Positions 49,785 through 62,414 of a stretch of DNA of 64,000 nt are shown here, piece by piece. A model generated the notes under the pieces. It did not search any database. It worked only from the letters and a program-made list of their open reading frames with translations, and was not told where the DNA came from. Position 1 is the first letter of the stretch. The number at the start of each line of letters is the position of its first letter. The stretch lies in NCBI GenBank assembly GCA_965116475.1, contig OZ220691.1:3072001-3136000 (forward strand). Reading direction: 5' to 3'. This DNA comes from Gemmatimonadota bacterium. Lineage in GTDB: Bacteria > Gemmatimonadota > Gemmatimonadetes > Palauibacterales > Palauibacteraceae. A program made the position numbers and the translations under genes.

Positions 49785-50549
49785 GTGGCCGCCGACGACC
49801 AGACCGTGGAGATCGAACAACTCCTGCGCCGCGCCGAACTGGAGCCCGGGACCCACACGTTCGCGCGCCTCGCCGATCTCTACCGGCAGGCCGGAGAGCA
49901 AGAACGCGCCCTGGGGGTGATCCGGGATGGCCTGAGCGCACACCCGTACTATCTGGACGCGCGCCTGCTCCACGCCCGCGTGCTGCTCGAACTCGGTCGC
50001 GACGAGGTGGCGCGGGTCGAGTTCGAACATGTCCTGTCGCTCGATCCCGCGAACCCTCTCGCCTGCATGGCGCTGGGCGTCGAGCGCGTCGAGACGGACG
50101 GTTCCGATGGCGCCGTTGCGGCGGACGACTGGCTGGAGGCGCTCGAAGATGCGTGGCGGAGCGATACAGCCGCCGCCCGGGCCGCTCCGGCCGGCGGCGC
50201 GACGAGCGCCCCGCCGGCGCGGCCGAAGGGCATCGAAACCTCGACGCTGGCCGGGCTGTATGCGAGCCAGGGCCTCTTCGACCGCGCGATCGGGGTGTAC
50301 GAACAGATGCTCTCGCGCGACCCGGACAACGCCGATCTCGCGGTTGCGCTCGCCGAGATGCGGCGCCGCGCGGAGGAGGAGGGCGGGCCGGATCCCGCGC
50401 GCGTCGCGGCCGCCTCGACCCGGGCACCGCGAGACGACCCGCCCGCGGAGGACGGGACGGCGCCGGCGGGCCCGGCCGCCGGCGAGGAGTCGATCGGGGA
50501 ACAGCTTCGCCGGATCCTCGATGGCGGAGCTCCCGCGGGATCGGACTGA
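49785..50549 (+). CDS. Tetratricopeptide repeat protein
   Basis: FARLADLYRQAG, HPYYLDARLLHARVL, LDPANPLA, STLAGLYASQG; ATG 49725 sits inside the -10 box so a downstream GTG was chosen. Confidence 0.75.
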   Translation: MAADDQTVEIEQLLRRAELEPGTHTFARLADLYRQAGEQERALGVIRDGLSAHPYYLDARLLHARVLLELGRDEVARVEFEHVLSLDPANPLACMALGVERVETDGSDGAVAADDWLEALEDAWRSDTAAARAAPAGGATSAPPARPKGIETSTLAGLYASQGLFDRAIGVYEQMLSRDPDNADLAVALAEMRRRAEEEGGPDPARVAAASTRAPRDDPPAEDGTAPAGPAAGEESIGEQLRRILDGGAPAGSD

Positions 50550-50553
50550 GCGG

Positions 50554-51021
50554 GTGCGCGAACCCATCCGCATCGGCGTTCTGAACGGGCCGAACCTCAA
50601 CCTCCTGGGGCGCCGCGAGCCCCACCACTACGGCACGCAGACGCTGGCCGAGATCGAGGCGCTCCTTCGCGAGCGGGCGGGCCCGGACGACATCTCGCTC
50701 GCGTTCTTCCAGTCCAACGACGAAGGCGAGATCGTGGACTGGGTGCAGGCGAACACCGGCGAAGTGCATGCGTGGCTCGTAAACGCGGCCGCCCTGACCC
50801 ACACGAGCGTGGCGCTGCGCGACGCCCTCGCGGGCTCCGGCCGCCCCTTCGTCGAGGTCCACCTCTCGAATGTGTTCGCTCGCGAGCCGTTCCGGCACAC
50901 GTCGCTCCTCTCCGACGTCGCGATCGGCGTCATCGCCGGATTTCGGGCCTCCAGCTACCTGTTCGGTCTCGAGGCGCTGGTCCAGCATCTTCGCGGGAGC
51001 GCCGGGGCGGGAGCGGAGTGA
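50554..51021 (+). CDS. aroQ: Type II 3-dehydroquinate dehydratase
   Basis: LNGPNLNLLGRREPHHYG, QSNDEG, THTSVALRDA, EVHLSNVFAREPFRH. Confidence 0.97.
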   Translation: MREPIRIGVLNGPNLNLLGRREPHHYGTQTLAEIEALLRERAGPDDISLAFFQSNDEGEIVDWVQANTGEVHAWLVNAAALTHTSVALRDALAGSGRPFVEVHLSNVFAREPFRHTSLLSDVAIGVIAGFRASSYLFGLEALVQHLRGSAGAGAE

Positions 51022-52127
51022 CGCCGCAGAAGGCACGGCGTGGCCGGCTTGAAGCGGCGACGAGGGCCGCCGAGGGCCGGGCGGTCCTCGTTACCGCCCG
51101 ATCCAGCGTCCGCTACCTGAGCGGGTTCACGGGTTCGGCCGGGGCTCTGTGGGTCCCTCTCGACGGTCCACCCGTGCTCGTCACCGACTTTCGCTACGCG
51201 GAGCAGGTGCGCCTCGAGGTGGCGGATCCGATCCGCCCCCATATCGGCCGCGAGGGGTGGATCCGGGGCGTCGCCGAGGTGGCGGCGGACGCCGGAGGCC
51301 CCAGTGGAGGCCCCAGTGGAGGCCCCATTGCGTTCGAGGCCGAGAGTCTCACGGTCGCTGACTACGAGTCTCTCCGCGGCATGCTCCCCGACGTCGTCTT
51401 CGTCCCGCTCCGCGATCTCATCCGGACGCTGCGGCGGGTGAAGACCCGCGACGAGGTGGACGCCATCGAGCGGGCGGTCGCGGTGGCGGAGGGCGCGTTC
51501 GACCGGTTGCTGTCGGGCATGGAGTGGTCCGCCGCGCCCAGCGAACGCGACATCGCGGCCGCCCTCGAGATGGAGCTCCGCCGCGGGGGCTCGGAGCCGC
51601 TCCCCTTCGATCCCATCGTCGCGGCGGGTGAACGCTCCGCGCTTCCGCACGCGACGCCCACGGACCGGCGCCTCGAGCCCGGCGACCTCCTCCTCATCGA
51701 CTTCGGGGCCCGCGTGGACGGCTACTGCAGCGATCTCACGCGCACGCTAGTGCTGGGGACGCCCGAGCCCTGGCAGGCGGCCCTCCACGAACAGGTGCTC
51801 GAAGCCCAGACGAAAGCGCGCGACATGATCGGCCCCGGGGTCGCGTGCCGGGAAGTGGACCGGGTCGTGCGAGCGACGTTCGCGCGCCACGACATGGACG
51901 GCTTCTTCGGTCACGGCACGGGGCACGGGATCGGACTCGACGTGCACGAGGGCCCCAGCCTCTCGTCCCGCTCCGACGACGTCCTCGAGCGGGGGAACGT
52001 GGTGACAGTGGAACCGGGCTTGTATCTTCCCGGGCGCGGCGGCGTGCGCATCGAGGACGATGTGCGGATCGGGGAGGCCGGTGCCCGCACGCTGACCCGC
52101 CTTCCACGCGCCCTCGTCCGGCTCTAG
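51018..52127 (+). CDS. Xaa-Pro aminopeptidase (M24 family)
   Basis: YLSGFTGS, TDFRY, SALPHA, DFGA...YCSDLTRT, HGTGHGIGLDVHE, TVEPG, GVRIEDD. Confidence 0.93.
   Translation: MTPQKARRGRLEAATRAAEGRAVLVTARSSVRYLSGFTGSAGALWVPLDGPPVLVTDFRYAEQVRLEVADPIRPHIGREGWIRGVAEVAADAGGPSGGPSGGPIAFEAESLTVADYESLRGMLPDVVFVPLRDLIRTLRRVKTRDEVDAIERAVAVAEGAFDRLLSGMEWSAAPSERDIAAALEMELRRGGSEPLPFDPIVAAGERSALPHATPTDRRLEPGDLLLIDFGARVDGYCSDLTRTLVLGTPEPWQAALHEQVLEAQTKARDMIGPGVACREVDRVVRATFARHDMDGFFGHGTGHGIGLDVHEGPSLSSRSDDVLERGNVVTVEPGLYLPGRGGVRIEDDVRIGEAGARTLTRLPRALVRL
51294..51327 (+). repeat. 12-bp tandem repeat, about 3 copies (GGAGGCCCCAGT; GGPS)
   Basis: Read directly from sequence. Confidence 0.9.
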
Positions 52128-52139
52128 CTCTCGGGTACC

Positions 52140-52703
52140 ATGGCAGATACTTCGGATTTTCGTCGAGGGATGGTGATCGAACTCAACGGCACCCTCTACT
52201 CGATCACCTACTTCCAGCACGTCAAGCCGGGAAAGGGCGGAGCCTTCGTCCGCACGAAGCTGAAGGACGTGATGGAGGGAGGGGTGGTCGACAAGACGTT
52301 CCGCGCCGGCGAGAAGGTCCGGGAGGTGCGGCTGGAGCGGCGGCCCGTGCAGTACACCTATACGGACGGCCATCTGTACTACTTCATGAACATGGAAACC
52401 TTCGAGCAGATTCCGATGTCGGAAGATCAGATCGGAGAGGACCAGCTCCAGTACCTGGAGGAGAACATGGAGTGCCAGAGCCTCAGCCGTGACGGCGCCG
52501 TGCTCGCGATCGAACTGCCGCAGTTCGTCGAGTTGGAGATCGTCGAGACCGACCCCGGAGTGCGGGGGGACACGGCCCAGGGCGGAACGAAGCCGGCCCG
52601 GCTGACGGCCGGCGCCGTGATCCAGGTGCCGCTCTTCGTCGAGACCGGCGACGTGGTGCGCGTCGACAGGACGGAAAACAAGTACATCACGCGGGTGACC
52701 TGA
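52140..52703 (+). CDS. efp: Elongation factor P (Lys-type loop)
   Basis: [31 protein letters not shown]. Confidence 0.98.
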   Translation: MADTSDFRRGMVIELNGTLYSITYFQHVKPGKGGAFVRTKLKDVMEGGVVDKTFRAGEKVREVRLERRPVQYTYTDGHLYYFMNMETFEQIPMSEDQIGEDQLQYLEENMECQSLSRDGAVLAIELPQFVELEIVETDPGVRGDTAQGGTKPARLTAGAVIQVPLFVETGDVVRVDRTENKYITRVT

Positions 52704-52705
52704 CC

Positions 52706-53185
52706 ATGGACTTGGACTGGCTGAAGGGACTCATCGAGTTGGTCGAGGCATCCGGCGTGGATGGTCTCGACATCGAGCTTGTGGGCTCGGACACCGGGGA
52801 CCCGACCCGCGTCAGGATCCGGAAGTCTCCGCGCGTGGCGGCCGCGGCGACCGTGGCCGCGGCGCCCGTCGGCGGAGGGGAGGTCGCGCCGGCCCCGGCC
52901 GCCACGGCCGCCTCCCCGCCGGCGGAGGCGGCGCCCGAGCCGGGGCTGTTCGAGGTGCTCTCGCCCATGGTCGGTACGTTCTACCGGGCGCCGGCGGCCG
53001 ACGCCGACCCCTTCGTGTCCGTGGGGGACCGGGTGGAGGCCGGCCAGACGCTGTGCATCCTCGAAGCGATGAAGCTCATGAACGAGCTTCAGTCGGACGT
53101 CGCCGGCGTCGTGCAGGAGATCGCGGTCGAGAACGCCGAGCCGGTGGAATTCGGCGCGCTGCTCTTCCGCATCGAGCCCGACTGA
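52706..53185 (+). CDS. accB: Acetyl-CoA carboxylase biotin carboxyl carrier protein
   Basis: [19 protein letters not shown] biotinylation motif. Confidence 0.97.
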   Translation: MDLDWLKGLIELVEASGVDGLDIELVGSDTGDPTRVRIRKSPRVAAAATVAAAPVGGGEVAPAPAATAASPPAEAAPEPGLFEVLSPMVGTFYRAPAADADPFVSVGDRVEAGQTLCILEAMKLMNELQSDVAGVVQEIAVENAEPVEFGALLFRIEPD

Positions 53186-53201
53186 AGCCGCGGCCGGACG
53201 C

Positions 53202-54545
53202 ATGTTCCGCAAGATCCTGATCGCCAACCGCGGCGAGATCGCGCTCCGCATCCTGCGCGCGTGCCGCGAACTCGATATCCGGACGGTCGCCGTGTACTCG
53301 GAGGCCGACCACGATTCGCTCCACGTCCGCTTTTCCGACGAAGACATCTGTATCGGCCCTCCGGTGGGGCGCGACAGCTATCTGAATGTCCCGCAGATCC
53401 TCGCGGCGGCCGAGATCACGGGCGCCGACGCCATCCACCCGGGCTACGGCTTCCTCGCGGAGAACGCCGAGTTCGCCGAGATCTGCGAACGGAGCGGCCT
53501 CGTGTTCATCGGGCCCACCCCCGAACAGATCCGCCGCATGGGGGACAAGGCGGAGGCGAGAAAGACGATGATCGCCGCGGGCGTCCCCGTTGTGCCGGGC
53601 TCGCCCGAGCCGCTCGACGACGAATCGGAGGCGTTGGAGGAAGCCCGCCGCATCGGGTTCCCGGTCATGATCAAGGCGGCCGCCGGCGGTGGAGGGAAGG
53701 GCATGCGGGCCGCCTTCGAGGAGGCGGAGTTCCGAAACCTCTTCGCCATGGCGCGGAACGAGGCCGAGGCCAACTTCGGCGACCCGACCGTGTACCTCGA
53801 GAAACTCATCGAACGGCCCCGTCACGTGGAGATCCAGGTCGTCGGCGACCGCCACGGGCGCGTGCTGCACCTCGGGGAGCGCGACTGCTCGAGCCAGCGG
53901 CGGCACCAGAAGCTCGTCGAGGAAGCGCCGAGTCCGGCCGTCACGCCGGAGCTCCGCGAGGCGATGGGGGCGGCAGCGATCCTCGGGGCGAAGGCCATCG
54001 GATATCAGAGCACGGGGACGGTGGAGTTTCTGCTCGCGCCGGACGGCGAGTTCTATTTCATGGAGATGAATACGCGGATTCAGGTCGAGCACCCGGTAAC
54101 CGAACTCGTGACTTCCGTCGACCTCATCAAGGAGCAGATCCGGATCGCGGCGGGAGAAAAGCTGGCCATCCCCCGAGCCATCGAGTTTCAGGGGCACGCG
54201 ATCGAGTGCCGGATCAACGCGGAGGATCCCGACCAGGGCTTCCGTCCCTCGCCCGGCACCGTCACGGCGTTTCACGCTCCGGGGGGTCCCGGAGTGCGCG
54301 TGGACACGCACATCTACGGCGGCTACGTCGTTCCTCCGTTCTACGACTCGCTGCTCGCCAAGCTCATCGTCTGGGGCCGGACGCGGGATGAGGCCCGAGT
54401 CCGCGCCTACCATGCGCTCGAGGAGTTCATCCTCGAAGGCGTTCACACGACGGTACCCTTCCTCCGCAAGGTGCTCGCCCATCCCGATTTCGTCTCGGGG
54501 AACATCGACACGGGGTTCGTCGAGCGGTTCCTGACCCGCTCGTGA
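53202..54545 (+). CDS. accC: Biotin carboxylase
   Basis: [59 protein letters not shown]. Confidence 0.98.
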   Translation: MFRKILIANRGEIALRILRACRELDIRTVAVYSEADHDSLHVRFSDEDICIGPPVGRDSYLNVPQILAAAEITGADAIHPGYGFLAENAEFAEICERSGLVFIGPTPEQIRRMGDKAEARKTMIAAGVPVVPGSPEPLDDESEALEEARRIGFPVMIKAAAGGGGKGMRAAFEEAEFRNLFAMARNEAEANFGDPTVYLEKLIERPRHVEIQVVGDRHGRVLHLGERDCSSQRRHQKLVEEAPSPAVTPELREAMGAAAILGAKAIGYQSTGTVEFLLAPDGEFYFMEMNTRIQVEHPVTELVTSVDLIKEQIRIAAGEKLAIPRAIEFQGHAIECRINAEDPDQGFRPSPGTVTAFHAPGGPGVRVDTHIYGGYVVPPFYDSLLAKLIVWGRTRDEARVRAYHALEEFILEGVHTTVPFLRKVLAHPDFVSGNIDTGFVERFLTRS

Positions 54546-54675
54546 GCGGTGGGGGCGCGTCAGCATGGACGACGCGTGGTGCGCGGGCCATCTTGTAGGG
54601 CGGCGGCCGGACGCTGCGCGCGGCCGGCCGGAGTGCGGATCCGGAGGTTTGCTGTCGGGGCGGGGAGGATGCGTG

Positions 54676-56982
54676 ATGGTGGATGAACGGCAACGGCGCG
54701 AGGTGTTGGGCGTCGCGCTGATCGTGCTCGGCCTCCTGGTGGCGTTCGCGCTCCTCTCCCCCGCATTCGCCGGCGGCTCCAACTGGATCGGGCCGGCCGG
54801 AGCCCTGCTCCACGACAACCTCGACAGGGCCGCCGGAGCCCTTTCGCCGCTCCTTGCGATTCCGGCGTTCATGTGGGGTCTGCATTTCCTCGGGTGGGGC
54901 GAACCGACCCGGGCCCTCCGCTGGTCCATCCTCTCGGTGGTGCTGCTGGCGGTCCTCCCGTCGCTGTACTGGCTCATCGCGGGACCCGGACCCGGGGGCG
55001 CGGGCGACATCGGCTGGCTGGGCGCGACCGCCGGAGCCGGCCTCGCCCGGGTATTCGGCCGCCTGGGCGGCGGGCTCCTTGCCGCGGGCGTCCTTCTGCT
55101 CACGCTGTTCGTCACCATGAGGTGGTCGCTGACCGGCGCCGCGACGGCGGGGGGGCGCTCGCTCGCCCGCGGCGTCGTGGCCGCCGGCGGCGCGGTCGTC
55201 GGACTCGGCCGCTCCTTCGCCGGCGCCGCGCGGCCCGCCCGTCTCCGGCGGCCTCCCGCAAAGCCCGATCCGCCAAGCGAGGCGAAGGCGAAGGCGAAGG
55301 CCGGACGGGGCCGTGCCGCGAAGAAAAGCGCACCCGCGAAACCGGCGAGCGCGCCGCCCGAGCCGGACCCGGAGCCGGAGGATGGGGCGCCGCCGATCCC
55401 GGAACTCGAGGAAGCCGGCGATCCCGGTTCCTCGGCGGTTCCGCCCATTCAACTCTTCAACGCGCCCGCGGGGCAGGGCAGCGGCCTCGGCGTGCGCGAT
55501 CTCGACCGCCTCGGTGAGATCCTCATCGAGAAGCTCGCCACCTTCCGCGTCGCCGGCGAGATCGGCGGCTGGACCACCGGCCCCGTCGTGACGCAGTTCG
55601 AGGTCGTCCCGGCGCCCGGCGTGAAGGTGGGACAGATCTCCGCCCGGGCGGACGACATCGCGCTCGCCCTCAAGGCGCCGTCCGTCCGCATCGTGGCGCC
55701 GATTCCCGGCAAGGGCGCGGTCGGCGTCGAGGTGCCCAACCCGGCGTCGGAGATGGTGCTCGTACGCGAGATCCTCGAGAGCCCGTCGTATCGGCGGGGG
55801 CGCCAGACGCTCCCGCTCGCGCTCGGACGCGACCTCTCCGGCACGCCGACGTGCGCGGACCTGACCCGGATGCCGCACCTCCTCATCGCGGGCCAGACCG
55901 GGTCCGGGAAATCGGTGTGCATCAACGCCCTCATCACGAGCCTCGTGTGCCGGTACACGCCCGCCGAACTCCGTCTCCTGATGGTGGATCCGAAGATGGT
56001 GGAACTGTCCGTCTACGGAGATCTCCCGCACCTCCGCCATCCCGTCATCACGGACAACGAAGAGGCCGCGTCCGTCCTCAAATGGTCGGTGTACGAGATG
56101 AAGCGCCGATTCGGGCTGCTGTCGGGGAACGGATGCCGGAACATCGCGGAGTTCAACGGCCGGATCGCGCGCGGGCGCGAGGTCTTCCTGCCGAAGCGCG
56201 GCGTCATGGATGAGCCGGGGCTCTACGACGAGGGACCGCTGCCCTACATCGTCCTCATCATCGACGAACTGGCGGACCTCATGATGACGGTACAGTCCGA
56301 GGTGGAGACGCCGCTCGCCATGCTGGCCCAGAAGGCGCGGGCGGTGGGGATACATCTCGTGCTTGCCACGCAGCGCCCCTCGGTCAACGTCCTCACCGGT
56401 CTCATCAAGGCGAACATCCCGAGCCGAATCGCGTTCCGGGTCGCGTCGAAGATCGACAGCCGCACGATCCTCGACCAGAACGGCGCGGAGAGCCTGCTGG
56501 GCAACGGAGACATGCTCTTCCTGCCGCCCGGCGAGTCCGATCCCGTCCGCATCCAGGGCGCCTACATCTCCTCGGAGGAGACGGAGCGCCTGCTCGACTG
56601 GTATCGGGAGCAGGCCAGGGCGAAGGCGGAGGCGGACGCGGAGACCGAGGCCGGGAGGGCCGAGGAAGAAGCCGCTTCGGAGCGCGACATCCTCGACCTG
56701 CTGAAGGAACTGGAGGAGGAAGAGGGAGGATCGGGCGTCTCGGACGAAGGCGCCGAGGACCGCGACCCGCTGTTCCGGCAGGCCGCGGAGATCGTGGTCT
56801 CGCACGCCGCGGGTTCGACCAGCCTGCTCCAGCGTCGGCTCAAGATCGGGTACGGACGCGCGGCGCGTATCATCGACCAGTTGCACGCCGCCGGGATCGT
56901 GGGACCCGCGGACGGATCCAGGCCGCGGGAGGTGCTCGCGACGCTCGCCGACCTGGACGGCGGGAATGTCGACGAACCATGA
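54676..56982 (+). CDS. ftsK: DNA translocase FtsK
   Basis: N-terminal TMs; PHLLIAGQTGSGKS, DPKMVEL, IIDELADLM, ATQRPS, gamma domain LLQRRLKIGYGRAARIID; GGAGG RBS. Confidence 0.97.
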   Translation: MVDERQRREVLGVALIVLGLLVAFALLSPAFAGGSNWIGPAGALLHDNLDRAAGALSPLLAIPAFMWGLHFLGWGEPTRALRWSILSVVLLAVLPSLYWLIAGPGPGGAGDIGWLGATAGAGLARVFGRLGGGLLAAGVLLLTLFVTMRWSLTGAATAGGRSLARGVVAAGGAVVGLGRSFAGAARPARLRRPPAKPDPPSEAKAKAKAGRGRAAKKSAPAKPASAPPEPDPEPEDGAPPIPELEEAGDPGSSAVPPIQLFNAPAGQGSGLGVRDLDRLGEILIEKLATFRVAGEIGGWTTGPVVTQFEVVPAPGVKVGQISARADDIALALKAPSVRIVAPIPGKGAVGVEVPNPASEMVLVREILESPSYRRGRQTLPLALGRDLSGTPTCADLTRMPHLLIAGQTGSGKSVCINALITSLVCRYTPAELRLLMVDPKMVELSVYGDLPHLRHPVITDNEEAASVLKWSVYEMKRRFGLLSGNGCRNIAEFNGRIARGREVFLPKRGVMDEPGLYDEGPLPYIVLIIDELADLMMTVQSEVETPLAMLAQKARAVGIHLVLATQRPSVNVLTGLIKANIPSRIAFRVASKIDSRTILDQNGAESLLGNGDMLFLPPGESDPVRIQGAYISSEETERLLDWYREQARAKAEADAETEAGRAEEEAASERDILDLLKELEEEEGGSGVSDEGAEDRDPLFRQAAEIVVSHAAGSTSLLQRRLKIGYGRAARIIDQLHAAGIVGPADGSRPREVLATLADLDGGNVDEP

Positions 56983-57965
56983 GATCCTTCCGCCTGCAGC
57001 CGTCCCGGACGGGGAGCATCGGCCTTCTCGCGGCCGGCTGCGTCGCCGGCGCGCTCACGCTGGCGTGCTCGGATGCCGAGTCCACGGAGGTCGCCGAGGC
57101 ACGCGCCCGGATCGAAGCGGAGTTCGGCCCGCGCGACGATCCGGGGCCAACCGCGGCGGCCGCGGATACCGCGAATGAGCGGGGTGAGCCGCTGGCCGAA
57201 GAAGCAGCCGAAGAGGCGGTCGAAGAGGCGGACGAGGCCGCGCGCGCGGAACCGCGCGAAGAAGTCGTGATGGAGACCGAGAGCCCGGACCCGCCTCCCG
57301 CGCCGACGCCGGCCGCCGATCCGGACGGGTCCCGGCCGGTGGACGACGAAGTCGGACGGGTGGACGTGGACTCGCTCCTGGCGCTGGCGAATTCGGCCTA
57401 CGCCTCGCTCGGCCGGCTCAAGGCGGCCTTCGCCCAGCGCATCGAGAATCCGCTCCTCGGCCGCACCCGCGAAGGGCGCGGCACCTGGTATCAGGCGGGC
57501 CGGAACCGGTTCCGCATGGATTTCGACGAACCGGCCGGCGACATCTACGTGGCGGACGGTTCCTGTCTCTGGCTCTACGAGCCCTCGCTCCACGACCAGG
57601 TCGTGGTCTCCCGCCTCGAGGAGGGCGTGGAAATCGGCTCGGTCGACATCCTCGGGCGCCTGCTTTCACAGGCGCGGACAGCGTACGACGCGGTCGATGA
57701 AGGTGTCGCGGAGGTCGGTGGCGTGGAGACGCGCATCGTCGCGCTCAGGCCGCGGGAACTCCCGGCGAGATATGTGGAGGTCCGCCTGTGGATCGGCGTG
57801 TCCGACCGCTATGTGCGTCGCTTCCGCATTCGCGAGGAGAACCGGACCCTCCGCACGGTGACCCTGGCTCCGCTGGAACCCGAGGCCCGCATCGACCCCG
57901 CCATCTTCGAGTACGCGCCCCCGGAGGGGGTGCCGGTCTTTCCCGACGACGTGCGATGCGGCTAG
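56979..57965 (+). CDS. lolA: LolA-family lipoprotein carrier with lipobox and long acidic linker
   Basis: AAFAQ...GTWY...RFRMDF...YVADGSCLWLYEP...QV; F.YAPPEGV end; ftsK-lolA synteny. Confidence 0.78.
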   Translation: MRSFRLQPSRTGSIGLLAAGCVAGALTLACSDAESTEVAEARARIEAEFGPRDDPGPTAAAADTANERGEPLAEEAAEEAVEEADEAARAEPREEVVMETESPDPPPAPTPAADPDGSRPVDDEVGRVDVDSLLALANSAYASLGRLKAAFAQRIENPLLGRTREGRGTWYQAGRNRFRMDFDEPAGDIYVADGSCLWLYEPSLHDQVVVSRLEEGVEIGSVDILGRLLSQARTAYDAVDEGVAEVGGVETRIVALRPRELPARYVEVRLWIGVSDRYVRRFRIREENRTLRTVTLAPLEPEARIDPAIFEYAPPEGVPVFPDDVRCG

Positions 57966-59400
57966 GACTCATCAGCCTCGGTTGCGACAAGAACACCGTC
58001 GACTCCGAGCGCATGCTCGCCGAACTCGTCGGCCATGGGGCCGAGCGCACCGACGTGGATGAAGCGGACGTCATCCTCGTCAACACGTGCGGGTTCATCG
58101 ACGCCGCGAAGGAAGAGTCGATCGAGACGATCCTCGAGGCCGAGCGGCTGAAACGCGAAGGGGCGTGCCGCAGCGTGGTCGCGGTCGGGTGCATGGTGGA
58201 GCGCTATCGGGAGGAAATGGCCGAGTCGCTGCCGGAGGTCGACCTCCTCCTCGGGCTGCGGGACCTTGATCGCCTCGTGCCGGAGTTGCGCGAGCGCGGA
58301 CTCCTCCCGGGACCGGCGCCGGACGGCGCGCACCCCGGGGAGCGGATCCCCGTCGGGGCGCGCCATGTGCGCTACCTGAAGGTGAGCGAGGGGTGCAGCC
58401 ACGGGTGCGCCTTCTGCGCGATCCCTCTCTGGCGGGGGAAGCACCGTTCCTTCGACCTGGAGCGCATCGTCGCCGAGGCGCAGCGTCTCGAAGCGCAGGG
58501 CGCCGTGGAGGTGAACCTGGTGGCGCAGGATCTTGCGCACTGGGGCCGGGAGCGGCGGGACGGGACGGACATCGCGACGCTCGTGGAGGCGCTGCTGCGC
58601 GAGACGTCGATCCCCTGGTTCCGTCTCCTGTACATCTACTCCGCGGGCCTGCGCGAGCCGCTCGTCGAACTGATGGCGTCCGAGACGCGGCTCCTCTCGT
58701 ACATCGACATGCCGATCCAGCACGCGAGCGACACGGTGCTCCACCGCATGCGCCGGCCGGAACGGGCCACGAAGCTGCGGGCGAAGGTCGCCTGGCTGCG
58801 GGAGGCGGTCCCCGAACTCACGCTGAGAACGACGGTGCTCGTGGGGTTCCCGGGCGAGACGGACAGGGAGTTCCGCGAACTCGTGGACTTCCTCGATGAA
58901 GTGCCGTTCGACCGGCTCGGCGCGTTCGCGTTCTCGCCTCAGGACGGGACGCGCGCGGCCGCCATGGAGGAGAGCTTCGTGCCCGCCGATGTGGCGCGCG
59001 ACCGTCTCGAGGAGGTGCTCGAGGTGCAGCGCGCCGTGAGCCGCGAGCGGCTCGCCGCGGAGATCGGCCGCGAACGCGTCGCCGTCGTGGATGCGCCCGC
59101 GGCCCCGGACGAGCCGACGCTCGAACTCCTCTACGAGGACCCTCCCGCCGCGGCGCACCTCGGCCGCATCGCGAGCCAGGCGGACGACGTGGACGGCGTG
59201 ACGGTACTCGTGGGCGGAAACGGCCTCGTCCCCGGCTCGCTGGTGCGGGTCGAGATCGAGCGGGCGGCCGATTTCGACCTCGCGGGGCGCGTCCGGGAAG
59301 TCGTGCACCGGGCGTCCGGGCGCGGAGGGGCGGCGCCACTTCCGGGCCCGCCGCCGGGGCGGGGGCTTCCCGTTCTGGGACTCGACAGCGCCTGGGGCCG

Positions 59401-59404
<4 letters not shown>
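57956..59404 (+). CDS. rimO: Ribosomal protein S12 methylthiotransferase
   Basis: SLGCDKNTVDSE, NTCGFIDAAKEESI, GCMVERY, EGCSHGCAFC, VGFPGET, DVDG TRAM domain. Confidence 0.95.
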
Positions 59405-60746
<1,342 letters not shown>

Positions 60747-60750
<4 letters not shown>

Positions 60751-62414
60751 ACTGGCGCGCGCGGATCGTCCCCGAGCAGGCCGGTCCCCTCCTCCTCGGC
60801 GGGGTGTTGATGGGGCTCGCCCACCCTCCCTTCCACCTCCTCGTGACGTCCTTCGTCGCGCTCGTCCCCTTCATCGTCTGGCTCGAGGGGCTCCCGGCGA
60901 CGGCAGAGGGCCGCAAGCAGGCCCGCAAGGGGGGATTTCTCTTCGGGCTCATCTACTACACGCTCGTCCTGTACTGGCTCCTCGTGGCGCTCGTCTTCTA
61001 CACGTGGTGGGCGTTCTTCGCCTTCCTCGCCCCGATCCTCATCCTCGCGACCTTCATGTCGTGGGTGTCGGGCGGGATTCACCTGGTGCGGGCCCGCTTC
61101 GGGTGGCCCCTCTACATCGTCTTTCCCGTCTTCTGGACCGCCGGGGAGGTGCTGCGGGCCCACCTTCTCGACGTCTCCTTCCCCTGGATGCAGTTCGGCG
61201 ATACGCTCTCGGCCTATCCCATCCTCGTGGGCGCGGCCGACCTCGTGGGCTCGCGCGGGCTCTCCTTCTGGCTCGCGCTCGCGAACGCCCTCGTCGCCTC
61301 GGGACTCCTCGCGTACCGCGCCGGGGGCTGGCGTGCGGTGCGGCGGCCGGCGGCCGGACTCCTGCTTGTGCTCTCCGTCCCCATCGCCTACTCGGTGGCG
61401 CGCTGGCAGACACTGGACGTGCGGCCCGTGGCGCGGGTCGGGGTCGTGCAGCCCAACGTCCCGCAGCACCTGCGCAACACGGATCGCGCCGCGTCGACCG
61501 ACAGCGCCCTCCGTTCGACGGCGACGCTGATCTCCGCGTGGCCGGGCCGGGAACGCATGGATCTCGTGCTCTTCCCGGAGACGATGCTCGGCACGCTTAT
61601 CATGGATTCGCTCCCCTCCTTCGACTATCCCGGCTGGCCGGACGCCCGCAGGTGGGCGGTCGAGATCGGCGAGATGCTCGATGCGGACGTGGCCGTCGGG
61701 GGCATGGGGGCGGACGATCTCGGGAACCCGGAGTATCAGCGATACAACTCCGCATACCACTTCCGCCCCGGAGAAGGGGTCGTCAACCGCTACGACAAGC
61801 GCTTTCTCGTGCCGTTCGTCGAACGGGTGCCGTTCTTGCCTCCCGAGTGGTTTCAGGCCATCCCCTATGCGGGCGGGGACTTCGGCGTCGGCGAGTGGCA
61901 GGCCCCGATCGAGATCGCCACGGACGACGGCGCCGCGGCGTACGGGACGATGATCTGCTACGAGTCGATCTTCTCCCCGCTGGCGCGGCACTATCGGCGG
62001 AACGGCGCGGATTTTCTCGTCAATATCACGAACGACTCGTGGTTCGGCCGCGACGCGTGGTGGAGCCGTTCGAGCGCCCTGTGGCAGCATCCCGCGCACC
62101 TCGTCATGCGGTCCATCGAGACGCGGATGGGGGCGGCGCGGTCGGGGAACACGGGGATCTCCAAGATCGTGGATCCGCTGGGGCGGGTGTCGCACCGCAC
62201 GGCGCTCTTCGAGCCCGCGTCCTTCGTGGCGGACGTGTCGACGACGGATGAGTTGACCGTGTACGTGCGTTTCGGCGATGTCGTGGGGACGTTGGCCGCG
62301 CTGGCAGCGCTTCTGGCCCTTGGCGCGTCTTTCCTGAAGGATCGCCACCGACGCGGCCGGGCGCCGCGCGGTGCGTCGGGGGAGACGGCGGAGCCGATAA
62401 GCGGGGGCGCATGA
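60747..62414 (+). CDS. lnt: Apolipoprotein N-acyltransferase
   Basis: TTGA overlap; multiple TMs, FPW, VQPNV, FPE, YDKRFLVPFVE, ICYE, NITNDSWFG, RSGNTGIS (E-K-C triad). Confidence 0.95.

Noticed and set aside
49528..51036. Upstream part of the 1116-aa minus-strand ORF suggesting a PpiD fusion
   Set aside because: Arg/Pro-rich shadow of the TPR and aroQ genes; the real protein starts near 49527
49785..54545. aroQ-M24 peptidase-efp-accB-accC as a novel system
   Set aside because: These adjacencies are well-known conserved housekeeping gene orders
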